Assembly (NCBI GenBank): GCA_963704755.1
Contig: OY969938.1
Coordinates: forward strand, 1,830,001-1,862,000
DNA from: an uncultured Chloroflexia bacterium
GTDB taxonomy: Bacteria; Chloroflexota; Anaerolineae; Anaerolineales; Anaerolineaceae
Direction of reading: 5' to 3'
Length of the DNA stretch: 32,000 nucleotides
The position numbers and the translations under genes were made by a program. This document shows positions 14,528 to 23,545 of the stretch, piece by piece. How positions within the stretch are numbered: the first letter of the stretch is position 1; each line of letters opens with the position of its first letter. The notes under the pieces are model-generated. The model made no database searches, was not told where the DNA came from, and saw only the letters and a list, made by a program, of their open reading frames with translations.

Positions 14528-16855
14528 ATGCCCGCTGACCAGAGTAAATTCGAAAAAGCCTTGAACGACGGCCATTCAGCCGCCTGGGACCAGCATTGGG
14601 AAGAAGCTGCCAATTATTACCGCGCCGCCCTGGAAGAATTTCCCAACCACGCCGGCGCACTGGCCAGCCTGGGATTGGCGCTCTTCGAACTGCAAGACTT
14701 CGACCAAGCCCTGGAAGTGTACCAGCGCGCATCCATCCTCGCCCCCAAGGACCCGGTCGCCTTCGAGAAAATGGCCCGCATTTACGAGCGTATTGGCCAA
14801 CTGGGCGATGCGGTCAGAAGCGGCATGCAGGCCGCCGAACTGTACCTGGAAGCCCACGACATCGACAAGTCGATCGAAGACTGGGTCCGCGTAACCAGCC
14901 TTCAGCCCGAAAACATGACCGCCCACACCCGCCTGGCGGTGATCTATGAGAAGATGGGCCGCAAGCCCGAGGCGGTGGCGGCTTACCTGAACGTCGCCAG
15001 CCTTTTCCAGCACCGAAAGGATATCGCCAAGGCTACCCAGGTCGTTCAATACGCCCTCAAGCTGCTGCCTGGCAGCCCCGATGCCAGCGAGTATATGCAG
15101 CTCCTCAAGAGCGGCAACAACCTGCCGCGCCCGGTCCGCCCGCGTGGGGGCACCGGCCCGGTGCGCATGGCCGAGATACGCCAGCTCCAGTCCAGTGAAG
15201 ACACCCATGCGGCGGTCCAATCCGACCCGATCAGCGAAGCGCGCCAGAACGCCCTGGTGCAGTTGGCCGGGCTGCTGTTCGAGCAGTCCGAGGAGATCGA
15301 AGAGACCAACGACCAGGCCAACCGTCACAAGATCAATGCCCTGGCGCGCGGTACCGGCGGCCTGTCCCTGGACCATACCGAACAATCCCGTGTGCTGCTC
15401 CACCTGGGGCAGGCCATCGAATCCCAGACCCATAACGACGAAAACCAGGCCCTGGACGAGCTCAACCGGGTTTACGAAGTTGGCTTTTCACACCCGGCCC
15501 TGCATTTCAACCTGGGCTATTTGTATTCTTCCCGTGACTCGGCCAAGGCCATCCGTTCACTGAACAAATCGGTGAAAAACCCGGATTTCTCGCTGGCTTC
15601 GAACCTGCTCCTGGGAAAGATCTATTACGATGCCGGCAAATACAGCGAAGCCGCCATCAATTACCTGCAAGCCCTGCGCCTGGCGGATATTACCACGGTG
15701 CCGGAAGGGCAAAAAGAGCAGTTGCGCCAGCTCTACGAGCCGGTGATCGAGGCCCAGGCTAACCAGACCGACGATCCCCAGCTCAAGTCCATCTGTGAGA
15801 CCATCGCCGGCCAACTGATCCAGCCGGATTGGCGCCTTCTGCTCCTGCAGGCCCGCCAGCAGCTTCCGATTCTCGCGGAAGGGGCCCCGCCGATGCCGGT
15901 ATCCGAGATTCTGCTCGAAACTCGCAGCGCGCAGGTGATCGAATTGCTGGCCAATATCCGCACTTATGAATCCCAGGGCATGGACCGCACGGCCATGGAA
16001 GAGGCCTTTTACGCCCTGGATTACGCCCCAACGTACCTGCCGCTGCACATCGAAATCGGCGACCTGTTGGCCAAAGAGGGCAAAGTCGATGACGCCGTGC
16101 GCAAGTACATGCTCGTTACCCAACTATACAACTTGCGCGGCGATGCCACCCAGGCGATCAACCTGTTGACCCGTGTTACCCAGATCGCCCCAATGGACCA
16201 GTCGGTGCGCGACCGTTTGATCGAACTGCTCACCGAGCAGGGCCGCATCGATGACGCCATCCAGCAATACATGGAACTGGCCGACATGTTCTATCGCCTG
16301 GCCGAGATGGACCGCACCCGCCAGACTTATTTGACTGCCATGCGCCTGGCCAAGCAGTCCGCCCGCAACCGCCTGTGGGCCTATCAAATCCTCAGTCACC
16401 TGGCCGACATCGACGTGCAAAGGCTGGACTGGCGCCAGGCCCTGCGGTTTTACGAACAGATGCGCACCCTCCAGCCCGAGGACCAGGTCCCGCGCAACCG
16501 CATCGTGGACCTGAACTTCCGCCTGGGTCAAGACCCGGCGGCTTACTCCGAGCTGGACAATTACCTGGACCTGCTCGAAAACAGCCGCCAGCTCAACGAG
16601 GCGATCGCTTTCCTGGAATGTCTTTTGGAAGACTATCCTGACAAGTCCAACCTGCGCCGCCGCCTGGCGAACGTTTTCCTCAAGGCCAGCCGGACGGCCG
16701 AAGCGATCAGCCAACTGGATGCCCTGGCCGACGCCTACCACGAAGCCGGCGAGATTCGCAACGCCATTCAGGTGGTCGAAGAAATCATCCAGCTCAATCC
16801 CCCCGACCGCGACCAGTTCGAAGCCGTGTTAAAGGATTTGCGCAAGGAAGTGTGA
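14528..16855 (+). CDS. tetratricopeptide-repeat (TPR) protein
   Basis: About 775 aa of recurring 34-residue A/L/Y-patterned helical repeats, for example ALEVYQRASILAPKDPVAFEKMARIYERIGQLGDAV. The ORF track starts at the GTG at 14519. The ATG at 14528 has GGAG 8 nt upstream. Confidence 0.85.
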   Translation: MPADQSKFEKALNDGHSAAWDQHWEEAANYYRAALEEFPNHAGALASLGLALFELQDFDQALEVYQRASILAPKDPVAFEKMARIYERIGQLGDAVRSGMQAAELYLEAHDIDKSIEDWVRVTSLQPENMTAHTRLAVIYEKMGRKPEAVAAYLNVASLFQHRKDIAKATQVVQYALKLLPGSPDASEYMQLLKSGNNLPRPVRPRGGTGPVRMAEIRQLQSSEDTHAAVQSDPISEARQNALVQLAGLLFEQSEEIEETNDQANRHKINALARGTGGLSLDHTEQSRVLLHLGQAIESQTHNDENQALDELNRVYEVGFSHPALHFNLGYLYSSRDSAKAIRSLNKSVKNPDFSLASNLLLGKIYYDAGKYSEAAINYLQALRLADITTVPEGQKEQLRQLYEPVIEAQANQTDDPQLKSICETIAGQLIQPDWRLLLLQARQQLPILAEGAPPMPVSEILLETRSAQVIELLANIRTYESQGMDRTAMEEAFYALDYAPTYLPLHIEIGDLLAKEGKVDDAVRKYMLVTQLYNLRGDATQAINLLTRVTQIAPMDQSVRDRLIELLTEQGRIDDAIQQYMELADMFYRLAEMDRTRQTYLTAMRLAKQSARNRLWAYQILSHLADIDVQRLDWRQALRFYEQMRTLQPEDQVPRNRIVDLNFRLGQDPAAYSELDNYLDLLENSRQLNEAIAFLECLLEDYPDKSNLRRRLANVFLKASRTAEAISQLDALADAYHEAGEIRNAIQVVEEIIQLNPPDRDQFEAVLKDLRKEV

Positions 16856-16875
16856 GCGGGTGAAACCGTGACTAA

Positions 16876-16947
16876 GTGTTACGGTGTTACGGTGTTTCAG
16901 TGTTTCAGTGTTTCAGTGTTTCGGTGTCACGGTGTTACCGTGACATT
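16876..16947 (+). repeat. 8-nt microsatellite, about 9 copies of GTGTTNCR
   Basis: GTGTTACG GTGTTACG GTGTTTCA GTGTTTCA GTGTTTCA GTGTTTCG GTGTCACG GTGTTACC GTGACATT. It begins 21 nt after the TPR stop. Confidence 0.9.
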
Positions 16948-16954
16948 GTTGTTT

Positions 16955-16996
16955 GGCCCCTCTCCCGCTTCTGGGAGAGGGGTTGGGGAGAGGGCC
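16955..16996 (+). repeat. family-1 palindromic repeat copy
   Basis: GGCCCCTCTCCCGCTTCTGGGAGAGGGGTTGGGGAGAGGGCC. It is near-identical to 27798-27838 and related to the three copies at 6551-6745. Confidence 0.85.
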
Positions 16997-17985
16997 AGCC
17001 CCGGTCATCCCAGGCTCACGTTATTTTCCATCGAAAAAAACATTGTTCGGGCCGGTCTCTCCCTCCGCCTTTCAGGCTTCGGCCGAGCCCGCTCTTCAAC
17101 GCGTGTTTGGAAGCCAGCCTGTAGGTTGGGTTGCGGGCTCGATCGCAACATTGGTTATTGGGAAAAACATATCCCAACCCGGGTTTTGCCCGTAACCCAA
17201 CTGGGTATCGCAAACGTTGGGTTTCGGGCAGAGCCCGGCAAAACAAAATGCCCTTCCGTATGCCAATGCCATAAAAGAGCCCGCAACCCAACCTACACGA
17301 ACGCCATGGATAAATAGTGAGGGCCAGCGCCGGTCATCCCAGGTTCACGTTATTTTCCATCGAAAAAAAACATTGTTCGGGCCGGTCTCTCCCTCCGCCT
17401 TTCAGGCTTCGGCCGAGCCCGCTCTTCAACGCGTGTTTGGAAGCCAACCCACGTAGGTTGGGTTGCGGGCTCGATCGCAACATTGGTTATTGGGAAAAAC
17501 ATATCCCAACCTGGGTTTTACCCGTAACCCAACTGGGTATCGCAAACGTTGGGTTACGGGCAGAGCCCGGCAAAACAAAATGCCCTTCCGTATGCCAACG
17601 CCATAAAAAGCCCGCAACCCAACCTACACGAACGCCATGGATAAATAGTGAGGACCAGCCCCGGTCATCCCAGGCTCACGTTATTTTCCATCGAAAAAGC
17701 CATTGTTCGGGCCGGTCTCTCCCTCCGCCTTTCAGGCTTCGGCCGAGCCCGCTGTTCAACGCGTGTTTGGAAGCCAACCCACGTAGGTTGGGTTGCGGGC
17801 TCGATCGCAACATTGGTTATTGGGAAAAACATATCCCAACCTGGGTTTTGACCGTAACCCAACTGGGTATCGCAAACGTTAGGTTACGGGCAGAGCCTGG
17901 AATGTTATGCGGCCCGGCAATTTTCCGGCGTTCATAATGAGCCCGCAACCCAACCTACACGAACTACACGAGCGCATGGATGAAT
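16990..17985 (+). repeat. tandem array A: three head-to-tail copies of a ~330-bp composite unit, each containing a 176-bp element with perfect 18-nt terminal inverted repeats
   Basis: Unit starts (GAGGRCCAGCSCCGGTCATCCCAGG) are at 16990, 17319 and 17650. GTAGGTTGGGTTGCGGGC...GCCCGCAACCCAACCTAC occurs at 17121-17296, 17453-17627 and 17783-17958. By eye, copies differ by only scattered substitutions and 1-2 nt indels. Confidence 0.9.
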
Positions 17986-17986
17986 A

Positions 17987-18013
17987 AAAACCCGGCTTTG
18001 AAAGCCGGGTTTT
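17987..18013. terminator. bidirectional intrinsic-terminator-like hairpin (family-3 CGGCTTTGAAAGCCG motif)
   Basis: AAAA-CCCGGCTT-TGA-AAGCCGGG-TTTT: an 8-bp stem extended by A/T pairs, with an A-tract 5' and a T-tract 3'. It sits 35 nt downstream of the minus-strand SagB-like stop (18048). The same core hairpin recurs at 20790-20806 and 28036-28054. Confidence 0.7.
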
Positions 18014-18015
18014 AA

Positions 18016-18044
18016 ATCTGTGTCCATCCGTGTCTATCTGTGGC
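18016..18044 (-). repeat. CACAGAT-type short repeat block, inverted partner of 27717-27744
   Basis: The reverse complement, GCCACAGATAGACACGGATGGACACAGAT, compares with GCCACAGATAGCACAGATGGACACAGAT at 27717-27744. The 11-nt 5' and 12-nt 3' ends are identical. The middle differs by about 3 changes. Confidence 0.8.
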
Positions 18045-18047
18045 TTA

Positions 18048-18801
18048 TTACTCCACCTTGCGCTTGCCCAACGAGGCCACGTAGACCACGAACTGGTTCT
18101 TCCCATCCAGGCCCAGGGCGGCATTGAGCAGGTCATCGTCGTAGGCCGCGATGGCGCAGGTCCCGCAGCCCAGCGCCTCGCCCACCAGGTACAGATTCTG
18201 GCAAACGTGACCCGCATCCAGCAGAATGTAGCGATAGCCGCGCTCGGAATAACGCCAGGTCGTGCGCTCGGCCACGGCTGCCCACATAAACGTCACCGCC
18301 GAATTCGGCCACCTGGCTCTGGTCATCGCAGCCATGGGTAACCCGCCCGTTGACGTCGCCGCCTCCATCCACCAGGATCAAAGTGTGCTCCAGCGCGGCA
18401 TAACGGTACAGCCCGGGCTGCAGCCCATCCACCCGGTTGACCAGCAAATAAGTCTCGAAGGGATGCCGCGCACCCGCCGAAGGGACCGTTCGGAAAGTAG
18501 CCGGCCGGCTGGTGACCCGCTTGACCCCCTGGGTGTACCACAGCAGCGTGGACAGCTCGTCCAGGGTCAGGGCCTGGTCACTGTAATGGCGCAAGGTCCT
18601 GCGCTTCTCGATCATCTGCCACAGCCCGGCGCCCGGCAGCTTCAGCTCGCGCGGGTCGGCCAGCTTGATATTCGTAGCCGCAGCCGGATCGAAAGGCAGC
18701 TCCAACGCCGGCTGGGGCGAAACGCCTTTCTCCTGGTCGGATACGGGCAAATTAACCTGTTTGCTCTGGTCCCAGAATTTTTTCCCGATGGATTCGCTCA
18801 T
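18048..18801 (-). pseudogene. SagB-type dehydrogenase / nitroreductase-family protein, interrupted by a frameshift
   Basis: Frame A (18801 downward) carries the N-terminal half: RRTLRHYSDQALTLDELSTLLWYTQG...RTVPSAGARHPFETYLLV...GLYRYAALEHTL. Frame B (ending at 18048) carries the C-terminal half: AVTFMWAAVAERTTWRYSERGYRYILLDAGHVCQNLYLVGEALGCGTCAIAAYDDDLLNAALGLDGKNQFVVYVASLG. The switch is near 18297-18310 (GAATTC). Removing one base there gives ...QVAESAVTFMW... and a continuous protein of about 250 aa. Confidence 0.7.
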
Positions 18802-18897
18802 AATGCCTCCTGGATGATGGGCTATTCCCCCAAAAATATCTTCCTAAAAAATGGATGTTCGCATGGGCGAAGGCCCACGCGAACCTTTTTTGACCGT

Positions 18898-20505
18898 TTA
18901 ATTACGTTTTAAAACCAGTTTCATCCGCCCACGCACTACCCGCAGCAGACTGCCGGTTTCCGGCACCCGCAGGACCAGCAAAATATAGCCATAGATCAGC
19001 CCGCCCACAGCGACGGCCAGGGGTACCCGCAGCCAGTTCGACAGGTTCTGGCTGGCCGCCAGCCAGCCCCACACTCCAATCCCCATGCCGAGTGCGCCCA
19101 GGGCAGCCTGTCCGACTGCCTGCCAGATCATTTGACCCTGCAAATTGTGCAAACGCCGGCGCAGGAACAGGATCAGCGTGACCGTTTCCAGGAAGGTCGC
19201 CAGGCTGTTGGCCAGAGCCAGGCCCCCCAGCGGCAGCCAGCCCAGGCTGGCGAACCAACCCGGAAAAGTCAGGCTGAACACCACGTTCAGGCCCATGGCG
19301 GTGGCCGTAATGGTTACCGGGGTGCGGGTATCGTGCATCGAGTAGAACGCCCGCACCAGCACCTCGCCCAGCGAATGCCAGACCAACCCGGCGCTGTACC
19401 ACAGCAGCGCCCAGGCCACCAGGTCGCTCGATTCGGCCGTAAAGGCGTGGCTTTGATACAGTTCGCTCAACGGCTTGCTCAACAGCATCAGCCCCAGGCT
19501 GGCCGGGATGGCCAGCAGCAGTACGCTGCGCAGGCTGGAAGCCAGCGAGTGGCGCATTTCGTCCAGCTTACCCAGGGCCACCTGGGCCGAAAAGGTTGGC
19601 ATGGCCGCGATGGCAATCGCCTGGGCGATGGCTGCCTCGGGCATCAGCATCCATGAAAAGGCCAGGGTCAGGGACGAAACGCTGCCTTCCGGCAGGCTCA
19701 AGCCGACAATGGTATTGACGATGAAATTAACCTGTACGACAGCCACGCCCAGGATGCGCGGGCCCATCAATCGCAGCACTTCGCGCACCTCGGCCAGCTT
19801 GTGACCCAGGATCGGCAGGTATTTGCCATGCAGGCGCAGCAGAACCGGGGTCTGGATCAGCAGATGCATAGCCGCGCCTACCAGCACACCGTAAGCCAGG
19901 CGGTAGATGCCCATGCTTTGCGGCAGCAGCCACACCCCCAGGATCTGGCCCAGGGAATACATGCCCGGGGCAATGGCTGGCAGCCAGAAATGCTGGTGAC
20001 CGTTGAGGATGCCCATGATCAGCCCGCTCAGGCCGAAGATCGCCACGGTGGGCATCATGATCCGCAGCAAATGGATGGTCAGCGCCTCCTGCCCGACCGC
20101 CTGGTCGGGCGCCAGCAGGTACAGCCCGTGGCGGACGATCTGCGGCGCAAAGATCATGCCCAGCACGGCTACCAGGGTCAGGATCAGCAGGAGCAGGTTG
20201 GCAATCGCCGAGGCCAGCTTCCAGGCCGTCTCGCGTTTTTCGTGGGCCAGCAGCCCGGTAAAGGTCGGGATAAATGCTGAGGCCAGCGCACCGCCGGCCA
20301 TCAGGTTGAAGAGCACGTCGGCGACTTTGTTAGCGGCCCAAAACGAATCCAGGTCGGCGCTGGTGCCGAATACACGGTAAATAATAAAGCCGCGCAGCAG
20401 CCCAAGCAGTTGGACCAGCAGCGTGGCGGCCATCACCGTGCCCGCTGCGCGGGCGATCTGGCGATTGGCAGTTTGTGGAATGGGGGGTATTGTCTCGACG
20501 GACAT
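18898..20505 (-). CDS. murJ: lipid II flippase MurJ (MviN family)
   Basis: 535 aa, about 14 TM segments. The N-terminus (ARAAGTVMAATLLVQLLGLLRGFIIYRVFGTSADLDSFWAANKVADVLFNLMAGGALASAFIPTF) is the characteristic MurJ opening. Confidence 0.93.
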   Translation of the reverse strand: MSVETIPPIPQTANRQIARAAGTVMAATLLVQLLGLLRGFIIYRVFGTSADLDSFWAANKVADVLFNLMAGGALASAFIPTFTGLLAHEKRETAWKLASAIANLLLLILTLVAVLGMIFAPQIVRHGLYLLAPDQAVGQEALTIHLLRIMMPTVAIFGLSGLIMGILNGHQHFWLPAIAPGMYSLGQILGVWLLPQSMGIYRLAYGVLVGAAMHLLIQTPVLLRLHGKYLPILGHKLAEVREVLRLMGPRILGVAVVQVNFIVNTIVGLSLPEGSVSSLTLAFSWMLMPEAAIAQAIAIAAMPTFSAQVALGKLDEMRHSLASSLRSVLLLAIPASLGLMLLSKPLSELYQSHAFTAESSDLVAWALLWYSAGLVWHSLGEVLVRAFYSMHDTRTPVTITATAMGLNVVFSLTFPGWFASLGWLPLGGLALANSLATFLETVTLILFLRRRLHNLQGQMIWQAVGQAALGALGMGIGVWGWLAASQNLSNWLRVPLAVAVGGLIYGYILLVLRVPETGSLLRVVRGRMKLVLKRN

Positions 20506-20562
20506 CGAGACTATTATAACTGGGGTGGGAAGAGAGTAGAGATTAGAAATGAGAGATTAGTC

Positions 20563-20656
20563 AATGAGGCGAGAAGGCAAAAAGGTGATGAGGTAATGGG
20601 GCAACAAGGTAACAAGGCAATGGGGCAACGAGGCGATGAGGCGATGAGGCGACAAG
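20563..20656. repeat. degenerate 9-nt purine-rich microsatellite (pyrimidine-rich on the murJ sense strand)
   Basis: AATGAGGCG AGAAGGCAA AAAGGTGAT GAGGTAATG GGGCAACAA GGTAACAAG GCAATGGGG CAACGAGGC GATGAGGCG ATGAGGCGA. It lies 58-150 nt upstream of the murJ start. Confidence 0.7.
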
Positions 20657-20668
20657 GATAGCAGCATT

Positions 20669-20930
20669 GTAGCCCGGCTTTCGAGGCCGGGTCTTCGCGC
20701 CAACCGAATATAGCGCTCGCGTAGAGCTGGGTTCGAGCCGGTCCCTCTTTGCCGCCGGCTAAGCCCACTCTTCGATGCAATTTTAAGGGGCCGGCTTTGA
20801 AAGCCAGACTACCCACTGCGATTCGTTTTTGATTGCCAGTAATTTTGGCGCGGTCAAAAAAAAAATGAACCCCACGAAGGTGGGGCTTTGTGTACTTGTA
20901 GGTGCAGCTTTAGCTGCTGTTTGCTAAGAT
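20669..20930 (+). repeat. decayed mosaic of the same repeat modules (GTAG hairpin, family-4-like, family-3 hairpin, partial array-B H2/H3)
   Basis: GTAG+CCCGGC-TTTCGAG-GCCGGG at 20669-20691. GTTCGAGCCGGTCCCTCTTTGCCGCCGGCTAAGCCCACTCTTCGATGC parallels the family-4 module. GGCTTTGAAAGCC+AGACTAC is at 20793-20812. CCCCAC-GAAG-GTGGGG at 20870-20885 is followed by TTGTAGGTGCAGCTTTAGCTGCTGTTTGC, which parallels H2-H3 of array B. Confidence 0.5.
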
Positions 20931-21092
20931 GAAGGGTAAACGCCAGAAAAACGAAGCAAAGCGCCTGGCCGGTATTTCCTCGGGTTTCCAAACCAAGCTA
21001 CCTTACCGTGCATGACTTCGTCGCCGTTACCGGCACAACCGGGGGCTCTCCATTTATCCAAAAGGATGCATCTTCCTTAAATCTTCGTAACC

Positions 21093-21124
21093 AAAGAGGA
21101 GCGCACCGCGGTGCACTCCTCTTT
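21093..21124 (-). terminator. hairpin terminator downstream of the chemoreceptor gene
   Basis: AAGAGGAGCGCAC-CGCG-GTGCACTCCTCTT has one mismatch and is flanked by T-runs on both strands. It lies about 85 nt after the stop at 21210. Confidence 0.6.
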
Positions 21125-21209
21125 TATGCTTCATTCACAACTACTCAGCCCAATTGGTAAAAACGCCTCAATTACGTTTATTTCAAGCACGGGCTTGAGC
21201 AGTTTCCCT

Positions 21210-23545
21210 TTATTCCTCGCGATGGCCGTCCTCGGGCAGCTTGAAATTGATCACTGCCTCCAGCAATTCGCCGGCCATTTTATCCAGGCTCGACGCCGAG
21301 GCATCTACTTCCTGCACCTGGGCCGTCATTTCCTCTGCCGAGGCGGATACCTCTTCTACCGCCGCGCCGTTTTCCTCGCTGACGCTGGCAATCTTTTCCA
21401 TGGATTGGCTGACCTCGCTCGAGCCCGCGGCCATTTCCTCGGTGGCGGCGGTGTTTTCTTCCACCACTGCGCTGACCGATTCGATCGTGGATACCAGCTC
21501 ACCGGCCAGGGTTTTCATTGCCTGGGCGGCCTGCGAGGCCTGCTCGGTCTGCTTCGACACGGTCTGGATGGCGTTCAGAATATGCTCCAGGGCTTCCCCG
21601 GCCGATGCGGCCCGGTCCACCCCATTTTCGACTTCATCTGTGCCTTCCTGCATGGCGATCACGGCTTCATTGACCGTCGTCTGGATGCCGCTGACCAGGT
21701 TGTTGATCTCCTTGGTCGAAGCGCTGGATCGTTCGGCCAGTTTGCGCACCTCATCGGCCACCACGGCAAAACCCTTGCCGTGCTCACCGGCCCGGGCCGC
21801 CTCGATCGCCGCGTTCAGCGCCAGCAAATTGGTCTGCGAGGCAATTTCCTGGATCGTCTCGACGATCACGCCGATCTGGGCAGAGCGCTCGCCCATTTCC
21901 TGCACCTTTTTAGCCGAAAAGCCGACTTTTTCCTTGATCGCCCGCATCCCCTCCAGGGTCTGGTTGACCGTTTCGCTGCCGGCAGCCGCCGACTGGCTGG
22001 CCCCCTGGGAGCTCTGGCTGACCGACAGGGTGTTCTGGGCTACCGTCTCGATGGCTTCATTCAACTGAGCCGTGATGGTGGATGCATTACCGGTCGCCTG
22101 GGCCTGCTCCTGGGCACCCAGGGCCACGCCCTCGATGGCGCGCGACATTTGCTCGATCGAAGAGACGGTCTGGGTGACTGTTTCGCTTTGCTGCGATGCC
22201 CCCATGGCGATTTGCTGGATCGTGGCGGAAATCTGGATAGAAGCCTTCCCGGCCTGGTCCGATGCCTCTGCCAACATGCGGGCTGCCTCGCGCAAGGCCA
22301 GCGCATTTCGGTTGACCTTACCCACACTCTCACTCAAGGACCCTACCATCCGGGAAAAAGCATTCCCCAGGCGGTCCTGCTCGGAGCGCGGGCTGACCTG
22401 TGCGGTCAGGTCCCCTTCTGCGATGGAGTCGGCGGTCTGCGCCATTTCATCCAGGTACAAATCCATTTCGCGGAACGATTCGGCTAACTGGCCAATTTCA
22501 TCCTGGCTCTTATAGTTCACTTTCTGAGAAAGGTCCCCTTCGGCCAGGGCATGGGCCACCCGGGTCATGTTCTTGATCGGCCGGGTCAGTGAATTCGACA
22601 TCAACACGGCGATAGCGGCCACAATCAAGGCAGCCAGCAGGGCTGCCAGCGGTCCAGTTTGCAGGTTCGTGTAGAATTCCGAGAGCACCTCCGATTGGTC
22701 CATTTCGGTCACCAGCACCCAGTTCAGGCTCGGAACCAGGCTGTACGCCCCGACTACTTCTCTGCCGCGGTAGTTCTGGTAAACGCTCACCCCGCTGTTG
22801 CCTGCCAGAGCCTGCTGGCTGGCAAAGTCGTTCACTTGCAGCTCCAGTTCGGTCTGATTTTTGATCAGCCCGGCCAGCTTGAGGTCGTCGGTAAAGCGTG
22901 AAGGGGTAAAGAAATAGCCATCTTTATCCAACATATAGGCGTCGCCGGTATTCCCGATCTGGGCAATCGACAGGATGGAAGAAATATCGCTGACCGGGAT
23001 GGCCCCTCCCACCACGCCGATGACTTTGTCATTGAGCATCACCGGTACGGCCACGACCAAAATTACTTTGCCGGTAGCTTTGGAAATCAACGGTTCAGAG
23101 GTCACCGTTTTGCCTGTCACGGCCTGTTGAAAATAATCCCGGTCGGCAACACTGACCCCCACCATGGACGTATCCGTATTAGCGGCTATGTCGCCGTTCG
23201 TCTTCAAAATAAACAGAAATTCGTAGCCGTCCCAAATATCCAGGTAATTTTTGAGCACCAACTGGGCATGTTGGATATCCATCTCTTGAACGGCCGGGGT
23301 TGTGGCCAGAATTTGGATGTCTTAACCCGGTCGTTCGCCCAGGTGACGACGTAATTGCTCAACATCGCGTTTTGCGTCTTCAAATTCGTTTGCACGTTAT
23401 CCATCAAGGTGGACTGAAGCCGGTAAACGGTAACCGCTTCGGTAATTACCAGGGGGATGATGGCCAAAAGGATAAATGTTAAGATGAGCCGGCCGCGTAA
23501 CGAGTGAAACTTTACGCCCTTCAATTTTCCCGATAAATGCTGCAT
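21210..23545 (-). pseudogene. methyl-accepting chemotaxis protein (TM - dCache - TM - HAMP - MA domain), interrupted by a 1-nt frameshift near the 5' end
   Basis: The main ORF (21210-23282) has a double-Cache-like periplasmic region, a second TM, HAMP ([24 protein letters not shown]) and the highly conserved signalling hairpin ([40 protein letters not shown]). ORF 23204-23545 supplies the missing N-terminus with TM1 (LILTFILLAIIPLVI) up to ...[14 protein letters not shown]. The main frame continues upstream of its ATG as [15 protein letters not shown]. The two frames join at GTTAAGAC (about 23311-23318). Adding one base gives a protein of about 778 aa. Confidence 0.8.

Noticed and set aside
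17016-17862. Small minus-strand ORFs in array A as tandem RiPP precursor genes for the adjacent SagB-like enzyme
   Set aside because: The 329/331-bp periods shift the frame between copies, so the peptides are not conserved (compare the 91-, 63- and 65-aa products). There are no start signals. The SagB-like gene is itself broken and lacks a YcaO partner.
16990-17985. The arrays as CRISPR loci
   Set aside because: The units are 243-331 bp with no alternation of short constant repeats and unique spacers, and there are no cas genes in the window.
20725-20745. GGGTTCGAGCCGG resembling a tRNA T-arm
   Set aside because: The flanking bases do not form a T-stem (CTGGG vs CGGTC), and no acceptor, D or anticodon arms can be drawn. 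It is part of the family-4-like repeat module.
21111-22487. 458-aa plus-strand ORF antisense to the chemoreceptor
   Set aside because: The MA-domain coding strand is unmistakable. The antisense product is Gly/Arg/Leu-rich with no motifs. The same reasoning applies to antisense ORFs in the antiporter (7064-8473), the TPR gene (14576-16741), murJ (19132-20380), the AP-family gene (8909-10099) and mmdA (26610-27497).
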